DNA of 64,000 bases from Nitrospirota bacterium (GTDB lineage: Bacteria > Nitrospirota > UBA9217), in the NCBI GenBank assembly GCA_963751455.1, contig CAVVUN010000012.1, positions 608,001 to 672,000 on the forward strand, written 5' to 3'. Every line of letters begins with the position of its first letter. The first letter of the stretch is position 1. Made by a program: the position numbers and the translations under genes. Below the pieces are notes generated by a model. The model had not been told where the DNA came from and ran no database searches. It was given only the letters and a program-made list of their open reading frames with translations. This document shows positions 26,530 through 34,959 of the stretch, one piece after another.

Positions 26530-27720
26530 ATGTCTCAACGGATTGCAGCCGATGCAGGAACAGGCAGAGAACGTCTGTTAAAATTCATGAAAGTCGCAGT
26601 GATGTTTTTGTTCGCCTCGGCATTTGCACTGTGCATCGTGGGCCTGAATGCATCTTTTTTGAATGCTGATATTGCGTGCGACTGCAGCTCATGCCACTCG
26701 AGCAGCCCTCATGGAAGCAACCCGGTAGGATGCTCCGGTTGTCATGATACTCCTCCGCAAACCGGCTCACATCTGATACACTACGGCAGCACACCCACGA
26801 CTGTAATGGCGTATGGCGACACAGGCGTCAGCAGCACTCGGGAGGCATATAAGTTCGGGTGCGGGAACTGCCATGCCCTGGACTTCACAAAACATAATAA
26901 CGGGTGGGTAGATGTGGAACTTTATGACCCGCATGCTCCTGCAGGGTCGCTCAAGGCAATGAATCCATCGGATGCGGCGTATACGTCCGGACCGAACAGC
27001 AGCACATATCAAAGCAAATTGACCGGCGGCAGATCGTTATCCTATTCGAACGGGACCTGCAACAATATCTATTGTCACAGCGGCTACACTATTGCCTCGA
27101 GCGAGGTGAGCTATCCTATTGGCACGAGCCCAAGGAATCTAACGTATGAGCCTTATACCGTTACGTATTCGAGAGTATATAAGGCCACGCCTGAATGGGG
27201 GGTTTCCGGCGCAACAGCGACTGCGAGCTCAACGGCCGGGTTCCTGTCGTGTACAGAGTGCCACGCATTCCCGTTGATCACTTCCTATCCCACGGTGTCG
27301 GCAGGAGTAGGAGACAGCCACGGATGGGTCGATGATTACGGATATGTGGATCTCCACGCATGGAACATGGGTTCCGGTTCTCCTGTCATGTGCAGGACGT
27401 GCCATTACGGGACCGTCACTACGGCCAATACGTATACATACACGGAGTCCAGCGTTGTATACGGTCCCGTCCCGCTGGCAAGCCGCGAGCTCCATGTCAA
27501 CGGCTCGAACAATGTTGTCCTCGACACCGCGAACACCATCACCTACAACGTATGGTTCACTACGAAGACCTACAATCTGAGCGGCGCCTCATACGATCCT
27601 GTGACGAAATCATGCTCTAACGTCGGGTGTCACAGAGAGCAGACAAGGGTAACCTGGGGAACACCCTATAGATATTGGATTTCCTTAGAGTGCGCTCAAT
27701 GCCATGAATCATTTTATTAA
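26530..27720 (+). CDS. CxxxxCH/CxxCH-type multiheme cytochrome c (~8 hemes)
   Basis: Six CxxCH plus CNNIYCH and CSNVGCH (Geobacter-type C4xCH repeats); N-terminal hydrophobic signal segment. Confidence 0.85.
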   Translation: MSQRIAADAGTGRERLLKFMKVAVMFLFASAFALCIVGLNASFLNADIACDCSSCHSSSPHGSNPVGCSGCHDTPPQTGSHLIHYGSTPTTVMAYGDTGVSSTREAYKFGCGNCHALDFTKHNNGWVDVELYDPHAPAGSLKAMNPSDAAYTSGPNSSTYQSKLTGGRSLSYSNGTCNNIYCHSGYTIASSEVSYPIGTSPRNLTYEPYTVTYSRVYKATPEWGVSGATATASSTAGFLSCTECHAFPLITSYPTVSAGVGDSHGWVDDYGYVDLHAWNMGSGSPVMCRTCHYGTVTTANTYTYTESSVVYGPVPLASRELHVNGSNNVVLDTANTITYNVWFTTKTYNLSGASYDPVTKSCSNVGCHREQTRVTWGTPYRYWISLECAQCHESFY

Positions 27721-27792
27721 CCGCCAACCGATCGGCTGAGCGGAAAACCTTGTGAAACCTGGAACCGGAAATCTTGAGCATCGGAGGGGACC

Positions 27793-29727
27793 ATGCCGGT
27801 AATTGGAAGAAAATCGAAACGTATGACGAAAAGTTCAGGCTGGGCAGCCGGCTTTCTTGTTGTACTGGTGCTTCTTCTTGCGCCGGCATCCGGCTCATAC
27901 GCGGAGACGCCCTGCCAGGATTGCCACGGCGTCACCGGGCCGCACGCGGCGCAATGCCGCGATACGACCTGCGGGGTGAGCTGCCACACGGCCAAACTCG
28001 ACACTATCATGCACCCGTCCGGTGCAGGCACCCCCATAGTGGATACGTCCACGCCGGAGGGCATGACAGCGGCATGCGATACCTGCCACCAGTCTTCCGG
28101 CGCCGTCAGTGTTACGCATCCTTTCCGGATAAACACCGACCCGGCTATGACCACCATCTATCCGGACCTGGACCAGGCCTGCGGCCAGTGTCACGGCGGC
28201 GGAACGAACAGCGTCGCAAATCCCCCGGCGACCGGCGTAGCGTATTTGTCCAAGAACCAGCTTTCGCTGGCGGCACAAAATATCCACAGCGCGGACGCGC
28301 TTAACAACGCTGACTGCCTGGCATGTCACGACGGCTCAATAATCCCGGCAACCCTGAGTCATCCGACGGACACCGGAGCGCCCGGGACCGGCGCAGCCGC
28401 ATGCAAGACCTGTCATTTTGCCAACGGTGCCACATTGCATCAGAACGCCCCGATTGACACTGACAGAATCTGCAGCCAGTGTCATGGCCCGGACGGTACG
28501 GCGCATTTGAGGGCAGCCTCCATTTCAATCTTTTCATCTGCCATACACGGCGGCACGGTACTGTCTACAACGTGCGCAGACTGCCATACTAATACGGCGA
28601 CATTGCATACTACGCATGCCGCGACACATACATCCAACACGGTCTGCAGGCGGTGTCACACGAGACCGGGAGTCAGCCCGACATCCGCAACAATGGCCCT
28701 CTGCACGGGTTGCCATGCTCGGACCATTGCTGAACTGAACCATCCGGCAGGATACAGCACTTCACCCGATGAGTGCACAGATTGCCATTCAACACCCGGC
28801 GTTGCGCCTGCAACGGCAGCGGGAACCTGCGATAAATGTCATACGATTACGGCCTCTGTCGCCGCGCTTTTCACCCGGATCCACAAGTCGTCGCAGGCGG
28901 CCTTCAGCTGGTCCAACGATACCACGACGCCTTACAAAATCGACTTTGATGCATCGGCGTCAGCTAAATGTTCCGACCACTCCTGGAACTTCGGCAATGG
29001 TTTATCGGGGAGCGGTGTGACCACCTCTGCTACGTATACCAACACAGCTGTCAAGACCGTAACGTTGACCTGCGGCAGTTCATCTATCTCGAGGACCGTC
29101 TATCCGAGAATCGCATTGTCAAGCGCTATTTCGCCGACTGCCGACATAGACGTTGACGGGTACCGCGTAACCTTAACGGATACGACTGTGGCTTCGGGCA
29201 TGACAGGGACAATAACAATCATGTGGGGCGACGGTCAGCGCAGCTACATACGAATGAGCGGCCAAGCCGACCATCTGTACCGCAGAGCGAGAACGTACAA
29301 TGTCATGATGATGCTAAGAACCGACACCCCCGGATACACTACACAGGTGGCCAGGACGAAGATACCGGTTACGGTAGAACGTATGACCATGGAGGGCCTT
29401 GTAACGAAACCGGGCGGCACTACTCCGTTCCCGGGAGTGATCATGACCCTGAAGTATAACGATAAGATCCTTAAGAGAGCGGTTACCAACTCCTTCGGTG
29501 CATACACGTTCAGAAACGTAGTGCCAAACGTGGTATTGGCGACGTATCCGACACCGACGACATACTCCGATTATACGATCGAGGCGTTGAAGAGAACCGG
29601 CAGGCTGGTCAGCGATGGTACAACAACCACACGACAGGTGTACGAGTGGAATCCCTCGAACATCGTGACGACGGTTACGAATACCAGCATACTCGACAGA
29701 AACTTCGAGGCACTGCCTTTACCGTAA
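27793..29727 (+). CDS. Secreted ~12-heme cytochrome c with C-terminal PKD/Ig-like module
   Basis: RBS GGAGGG; signal peptide; 11 CxxCH plus CGVSCH; RINTDP...DLDxACGQCHGGG shared with the 13965 protein; ends NFEALPLP. Confidence 0.9.
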   Translation: MPVIGRKSKRMTKSSGWAAGFLVVLVLLLAPASGSYAETPCQDCHGVTGPHAAQCRDTTCGVSCHTAKLDTIMHPSGAGTPIVDTSTPEGMTAACDTCHQSSGAVSVTHPFRINTDPAMTTIYPDLDQACGQCHGGGTNSVANPPATGVAYLSKNQLSLAAQNIHSADALNNADCLACHDGSIIPATLSHPTDTGAPGTGAAACKTCHFANGATLHQNAPIDTDRICSQCHGPDGTAHLRAASISIFSSAIHGGTVLSTTCADCHTNTATLHTTHAATHTSNTVCRRCHTRPGVSPTSATMALCTGCHARTIAELNHPAGYSTSPDECTDCHSTPGVAPATAAGTCDKCHTITASVAALFTRIHKSSQAAFSWSNDTTTPYKIDFDASASAKCSDHSWNFGNGLSGSGVTTSATYTNTAVKTVTLTCGSSSISRTVYPRIALSSAISPTADIDVDGYRVTLTDTTVASGMTGTITIMWGDGQRSYIRMSGQADHLYRRARTYNVMMMLRTDTPGYTTQVARTKIPVTVERMTMEGLVTKPGGTTPFPGVIMTLKYNDKILKRAVTNSFGAYTFRNVVPNVVLATYPTPTTYSDYTIEALKRTGRLVSDGTTTTRQVYEWNPSNIVTTVTNTSILDRNFEALPLP

Positions 29728-29749
29728 GCAGCATTATGCTCATCTGATT

Positions 29750-29787
29750 AACAGGCAGTCCCAATTCCGGGACTGCCTGTTCTTTCT
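29750..29787 (+). terminator. Terminator (copy 3 of the shared hairpin)
   Basis: AACAGGCAGTCCC-loop-GGGACTGCCTGTTCTTT. Confidence 0.8.
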
Positions 29788-29869
29788 TATAAAAAGCCGC
29801 TTGCACTGTATAACGAATCATTATAGTATTCGATAAATTTAAAAAGGAATCTCCATCAAGGAGTAACTT

Positions 29870-30865
29870 ATGAGATTAAACTTGCGAACCATGTGCCAAT
29901 TGACGATCATCATTTTTTTGGTTGCTGTTGTCCTGAACGGATGCATGAAGCATTTGCCTGCTGCGGAAAAGGCCTCAAAGGAAGCCGCCGTGGTGAACAA
30001 TGAAGCAAAAAAGCTTGTTGTTGCAAAGGTGAATAACGCTGAATTATCCATGGACTCGCTCGTCAACATGATGAACCGTCTCCCGGAGAAAGCAGGTGGT
30101 GCGCCGGAGAGTCTGGAGGAACGCCGGAAAAGGGCATTGGACAGCCTGGTCCTGCTGGAGCTTGCGTATCAGCGGGCCAACGAACGGGGGCTCATGGTGG
30201 ATCCGGCCAAAATCGACTTGTCAATCAACAATTTCATAAATAACACCGGCGGCGAAAAAGAATACGCAGAATACCTGAAGAATAACAATATTACCGAGGC
30301 GGATCTTCGTTCCGAGATAGAACGGGGTCTTGCAATTGAACTAATCTACGCGAAAGAAGTCATCGATAGCGTTTCGATTCCCGAACAAGAGCTGCGCAGG
30401 GAGTACGAAAAGGAACAAGAGCAGCTGATCCAGCCTGAGAAAGTTTCGATTGTTGATGTCTACGTGTTTAAAAACGATGCCAAGGGGGCAAAAGCAGAGA
30501 AATTGCTCCGGATGATAAAAGCGGACGCGGCTCAGGACCCCTGGAAGCTGGTACTCGACGGTAGCTTCACTGTCCGAAAGCTGCTTGTCCGATCCGAACG
30601 GGAAAGAGAGATCTACGAAGCTGCGAAGAAATTGAAACCTCAACAATTCTCCGGCGTAATAAGCGCGTCTGACGGGTTCCATATCATCAAGCTGGAGAAC
30701 TATTCACCCGAGAGAAAGCTTACATTTGAAGAGGCGAAAACAAAAATGGAGGCAACCTTGAAGGGCCCTGCTGTCGAAAAGAGGACCCGGGAATGGGAAG
30801 AGGAGTTGAAAAAAGACGCGAAGATCGAAATACTGAATTCAGGATTACAAAATTCACAGTCGTAA
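29870..30865 (+). CDS. PrsA/SurA-like foldase lipoprotein, copy 2
   Basis: Lipobox LNGC; near-identical to 25232-26227. Confidence 0.85.
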   Translation: MRLNLRTMCQLTIIIFLVAVVLNGCMKHLPAAEKASKEAAVVNNEAKKLVVAKVNNAELSMDSLVNMMNRLPEKAGGAPESLEERRKRALDSLVLLELAYQRANERGLMVDPAKIDLSINNFINNTGGEKEYAEYLKNNNITEADLRSEIERGLAIELIYAKEVIDSVSIPEQELRREYEKEQEQLIQPEKVSIVDVYVFKNDAKGAKAEKLLRMIKADAAQDPWKLVLDGSFTVRKLLVRSEREREIYEAAKKLKPQQFSGVISASDGFHIIKLENYSPERKLTFEEAKTKMEATLKGPAVEKRTREWEEELKKDAKIEILNSGLQNSQS

Positions 30866-30906
30866 AGCAAAAGAGAACGGTAAAGATAACAGCGTAGAAA
30901 ATTACA

Positions 30907-32403
30907 TTAGGAAGGGGCGCGGAAACAGCTGCTCGATGAATCGATACCCAGTTTTTTCATTCGATAACGCAGCGTGTCCCTGGTTATATCCAGGAGCTTC
31001 GCTGCCTGTCTTTGATTTCCGTTTGTAGCTTTTAAGGCGGCTTTGATCGACTCTTCTTCAAGTACTTTTAGGGACAGGCTGTTATGGTTCGTTTTTTCTG
31101 AAGACTGGTCCGGAACAGTCACGGCTTCTTTTTGCGGCTTAGGCGCCCGGGCGCCTTTATCGTCAAGAATATATGATGGAAGCTCGTCGACGCCTATCTT
31201 GTCGCCCTTCGACATAACAACAAGTTTTTCCATGAGGTTCTTCAATTCCCTCACATTGCCCGGCCAGGAATAGTTTTTCAGGGCTTCCAAAGCTGCCGCC
31301 GTTATACAGTTGGCAGGGCATGCATGCTTCGTACTGAAGTGTTTCAGGAAATGCTCCAACAGGAGAGGGATGTCTTGTACCCGGGTGCGCAGCGCCGGCA
31401 TTTCAATCGTAACCACATTCAGACGGTAATACAGATCAAGCCTGAACTTGCCTTCCTGAACAAGTTCATGAAGATTTCTATTCGTGGCCGCAAGGATCCG
31501 GACATCTGCATTCAGCTGCTGGAGTCCTCCGATCCTCCTGAATTTCCTCTCTTCGATAAGGCTGAGGATCTTTGATTGCATCGCGGTCGGCATGTCTCCG
31601 ATCTCGTCAAGAAAAACCGTACCGCCCTCCGCAGTCTCGATCAGCCCCTTTTTGGACGCCTTTGCATCGGTAAAAGCGCCTTTCTCATATCCGAAGAGCT
31701 CGCTCTCTATCAGATACTCGGGGATCGTCGAACACCCTATTTCTACAAAGGGCCGTCCCTTTCGCGGACTGAGCTCGTGGATGGTCCTGCACAGGAAACT
31801 CTTTCCCGTCCCGCTTTCCCCGAGAACCAGGACTGTAACATCCGCTTTGTTCGCCAGGCGCTCGGTGATCCTGACTACCTCGTTCATTGCGTCACTCTTA
31901 AAAGCGACGCTTCCGGGCAGGAGCACCAGCTTTTCCTGAGTCCGTTCCTGCTTCAACGTATTCAGGATGCTCCTCAGCTTATCGAGATCAATAGGTTTGT
32001 CCAGATAATCGAAAGCGCCCATCTTCATGGCTTCGACACTGCTTTGAATATCGGGGCAGGCTGTAACCATTATCACGGTTACGGAAGGGCTGATATCCTT
32101 TATCGTTTTCAGAATGGTCAAGCCATTTGCATCAGGAAGGCGGATATCCAGAATAACGATTTCGGGTTTTTCCTGTTCGAATTGCTGAAGCGCCTGGAGA
32201 CCCGAATCGGCAGTGATCACGGAAAAACCGTCCCGTTCGAGGAGCCGCTGCAAGGAATACCTGATCAGAAATTCATCGTCTACGATCAAGATCTTGTTGG
32301 ATGGCTTGACGGGTTCCGTGCGTGACGCGTAAGAAGATATTTTCCCGGATAAATTGGACATATTCAATACGGCGTTGCTCGCTTTCCTCCGGATAGTGAA
32401 CAC
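30907..32403 (-). CDS. NtrC-family sigma-54-dependent response regulator (start may be 32361)
   Basis: REC domain (LIVDDE), GESGTGKS, ESELFGYEKGAFTDA, LDEIG, WPGNVREL, Fis-type HTH. Confidence 0.92.
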   Translation of the reverse strand: MFTIRRKASNAVLNMSNLSGKISSYASRTEPVKPSNKILIVDDEFLIRYSLQRLLERDGFSVITADSGLQALQQFEQEKPEIVILDIRLPDANGLTILKTIKDISPSVTVIMVTACPDIQSSVEAMKMGAFDYLDKPIDLDKLRSILNTLKQERTQEKLVLLPGSVAFKSDAMNEVVRITERLANKADVTVLVLGESGTGKSFLCRTIHELSPRKGRPFVEIGCSTIPEYLIESELFGYEKGAFTDAKASKKGLIETAEGGTVFLDEIGDMPTAMQSKILSLIEERKFRRIGGLQQLNADVRILAATNRNLHELVQEGKFRLDLYYRLNVVTIEMPALRTRVQDIPLLLEHFLKHFSTKHACPANCITAAALEALKNYSWPGNVRELKNLMEKLVVMSKGDKIGVDELPSYILDDKGARAPKPQKEAVTVPDQSSEKTNHNSLSLKVLEEESIKAALKATNGNQRQAAKLLDITRDTLRYRMKKLGIDSSSSCFRAPS

Positions 32404-32417
32404 TCCGGAAAAACCCT

Positions 32418-32606
32418 TTAGCCTGAAAACGGCAGTTGGACGCAGATGAACGCAGACTTCGGCGTGAACTCAGTCGAACGATAACCGCAGATCAAACAAA
32501 AAATTCACCCGCAGGGTGACTGCTTTTACGATACAAGAACGTTTTTTATCGACCTTATCTGCGTTTATCCGATTTTTCTGCGTCCCAAATGCTTTTTTTG
32601 GGTTTA
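32418..32606. repeat. ~190-bp MITE/REP-like element, copy 2 (inverted relative to 20001)
   Basis: Reverse complement matches 20001-20206 apart from a short indel. Confidence 0.85.
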
Positions 32607-32626
32607 GTCGGTTCCTGCTTCTGGAT

Positions 32627-34111
32627 TTAAAAATTAACGATCGCGTCCATTTGCTCCTGGCTCATTCCGTCCCGATACTGCGCCTCTGTCCAGAACTTCG
32701 TCAAGATTTTATAAGTCTCATTGTCGATCTCAGAAGCCTTCGCGGTTGCCGTCGATGCGCTTTGGCCGGTATATTTTCCGTTCATGATGACGAAGTTGAC
32801 CAGAGAAACGCTGCCGTTTGCTGGAACAGTAATGTCATAGGTAACCGTTATTATGTCGTTCCCGTCGTAACTGACTAATCCACTCGCTGAATTATAGTCC
32901 ACGGTTGCCGCCTTTCCAAAGACGAACCCGACATCGCGTACCGATGCCTCGCTGTCCCATGAGGAAAGCGCCCGGATCCGGGTATCACCAGGGATGGACC
33001 GGTAAATTATGCCCGATCCGCCGGAGCCCAGTGCGGATTCATATGTAATCGTCTTGGTGATCGAGCTGCCGGTCGGGTTTGTGAAGACGTCGACCCATCT
33101 GCCCCACAATTTGTTCGGCACCGTATAGAACGACCTCGTAACGGCAAGCCCTTCAAGAGTGCGCGTGCCCGATGTCATGTTCTGCACCTGTGACGGAGTA
33201 TTCGTCGTCCAGTACGACAGACCTGCCTCAAAATCTCCATTTTTTACGTAATTGTAATTGACCATGCCGCTCAGACTGCCATTGATATTGTAATTGTACA
33301 TGCCGCTCGGGTCAAAGATAGCCACGTCGTCCAGGACAGTGAATGTCTGGTACTCGTAGTCGGGAGCGCTTCGCACTTCAAAAGAAAGAACGATGGTTTG
33401 GCCGGCGAATTCGTCCATCGGGAAACCATTGATCCCATCGTAGGCTGAACCTGTGGTTGTCGTAAAGACGGTCCGCAAGGCATTACCTGCAGTATCCCGA
33501 ATCATAACGCTGTATTGCGGTATATAGCCCGATAATCTGCCTGGCTGCAGGAATGAGTCATCAGCCCATGTCAAGGTGTACGTCGTTCCGGACGGTAAAG
33601 ACACCGTCTGCTGCAACCGAGAGTCTGAGGTGGGAGCAATGTACGCTGACATCCCTATTCCTGTTGCGCCGATTGTAGAATAATCTATTCGTGACCCGTC
33701 CGAAACTGACGCAATCTGGATTCCCTCGGATTGACCCAGGAGCGGCGTATAGAAAGTAAGCTCACCGTAGACTTGATCAGCTGGAAAGAACGTTCCCCCA
33801 ACGGTCAGGTCGATTGCCCACGGTAACTGCATATTCACGAGAGCAAAAGTGTTATCGATATCCCAGATATTGGCCTGGTTCTGGAAATATTCAATCCCGT
33901 AAAAATCCGCGTTGCTCACCGTTTGCAGGAATGAAGTGATAGGCTTCGGGTCGGGTGAAGAGATCAATGTTCCGGGCGTCGCCGGAGTTATAACCGCCGG
34001 CCTTTCGTCGGGAATGGGCTCTGTACCTCCCCCTCCGCCCTTACTCTTGCATGCTGCAAGCGTGACAATGAACATTAAAATGAGCAGTGACAAAAATGTC
34101 TTTTTCGTCAT
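32627..34111 (-). CDS. Lipoprotein of unknown function (beta-rich, carbohydrate-binding-like segment)
   Basis: Lipobox LAAC followed by a Gly/Pro linker; NGDFE.GL..W motif. Confidence 0.75.
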   Translation of the reverse strand: MTKKTFLSLLILMFIVTLAACKSKGGGGGTEPIPDERPAVITPATPGTLISSPDPKPITSFLQTVSNADFYGIEYFQNQANIWDIDNTFALVNMQLPWAIDLTVGGTFFPADQVYGELTFYTPLLGQSEGIQIASVSDGSRIDYSTIGATGIGMSAYIAPTSDSRLQQTVSLPSGTTYTLTWADDSFLQPGRLSGYIPQYSVMIRDTAGNALRTVFTTTTGSAYDGINGFPMDEFAGQTIVLSFEVRSAPDYEYQTFTVLDDVAIFDPSGMYNYNINGSLSGMVNYNYVKNGDFEAGLSYWTTNTPSQVQNMTSGTRTLEGLAVTRSFYTVPNKLWGRWVDVFTNPTGSSITKTITYESALGSGGSGIIYRSIPGDTRIRALSSWDSEASVRDVGFVFGKAATVDYNSASGLVSYDGNDIITVTYDITVPANGSVSLVNFVIMNGKYTGQSASTATAKASEIDNETYKILTKFWTEAQYRDGMSQEQMDAIVNF

Positions 34112-34188
34112 GGTAATAGACTCCTTGATCTATTGGGATACAAGAACAACAATGGTCGCTTTTTCAATTAATACTTGTTTCAGTAAAA

Positions 34189-34204
34189 TGCAACCTATAT
34201 ACCA
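34189..34204 (-). promoter_or_regulatory. Sigma-54 promoter for the lipoprotein
   Basis: Minus strand TGGTATATAGGTTGCA. Confidence 0.6.
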
Positions 34205-34366
34205 AAATGGGTTTAATACAATTACTCAAATTTATCAGATATTTATATTGTCATTTGAATCGTAACGTAGATGTTTTTCGGTCGAAGAACCATGTAGGGT
34301 GGTTAAATCACCAGATTTTTTCATACGATAGGACTATTCTTATAAAATGTCTTTTGATCTATAAAT

Positions 34367-34404
34367 TGGTTTAAATACCCACTCTGTTGCGCTATTTCAC
34401 CCCA
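34367..34404. promoter_or_regulatory. Putative enhancer site pair (21-bp spacing)
   Basis: TGGTTTAAATACCCACT (34367) and TGCGCTATTTCACCCCA (34388). Confidence 0.5.
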
Positions 34405-34527
34405 GTTCAAATGAGGTGTAGTTCTATCTATTTAATTTTCCCTCATATTTACCGTGCTTATTCATGAGTATGACAATTGCAGTCTGAACTATGTCCCTTT
34501 ATACTTTGAAATCGCATTCTTCTTACG

Positions 34528-34911
34528 ATGGCAAAAATTTTACTTGTTGATGACGAGAATCTCATCCTCTATTCGCTCTCGACGACTCTTAGACATGACG
34601 GTCTCGATGTAACGGCGGTGGGGAACGGGAAAGATGCGTTGAATGAAATACGCAGTTCCCCGTATGACATCTGTTTTCTGGATATAAACCTTCCGGACGC
34701 CAACGGTCTTAATCTTATGAATGTCTTCCGGGAAATTTCGCCCGGCATGAGAATCATTATTATGACCGCGGTCGACCTCGACGAAGGACAGCTGAGTAGC
34801 CTCCGAAACACCGCAAGTCATTATCTTCCAAAACCGTTTGACCTGGATGAGGTCCGTTCTCTCGTGTCACGTTTAATGAAGCCTGGGCAATCCGGCGCAT
34901 GTGACGCCTGA
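34528..34911 (+). CDS. Single-domain response regulator
   Basis: ILLVDDE...FLDINLPD...MTA...KPF. Confidence 0.9.
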   Translation: MAKILLVDDENLILYSLSTTLRHDGLDVTAVGNGKDALNEIRSSPYDICFLDINLPDANGLNLMNVFREISPGMRIIIMTAVDLDEGQLSSLRNTASHYLPKPFDLDEVRSLVSRLMKPGQSGACDA

Positions 34912-34959
34912 TTAATCAAATAACTCGCAGCATCAGCAACCGCGGCACCTGGTCACGAC

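Noticed and set aside
27738-27790. Possible c-di-GMP-I/GEMM riboswitch (CGGAAAACC..GAAA..GG)
   Set aside because: Only a vague P1-like resemblance; no convincing second stem or GCAAA element.
24540-29727. Diversity-generating retroelement template/variable repeat pair
   Set aside because: Differences between copies are not adenine-specific, both copies are coding, and there is no reverse transcriptase in the window.
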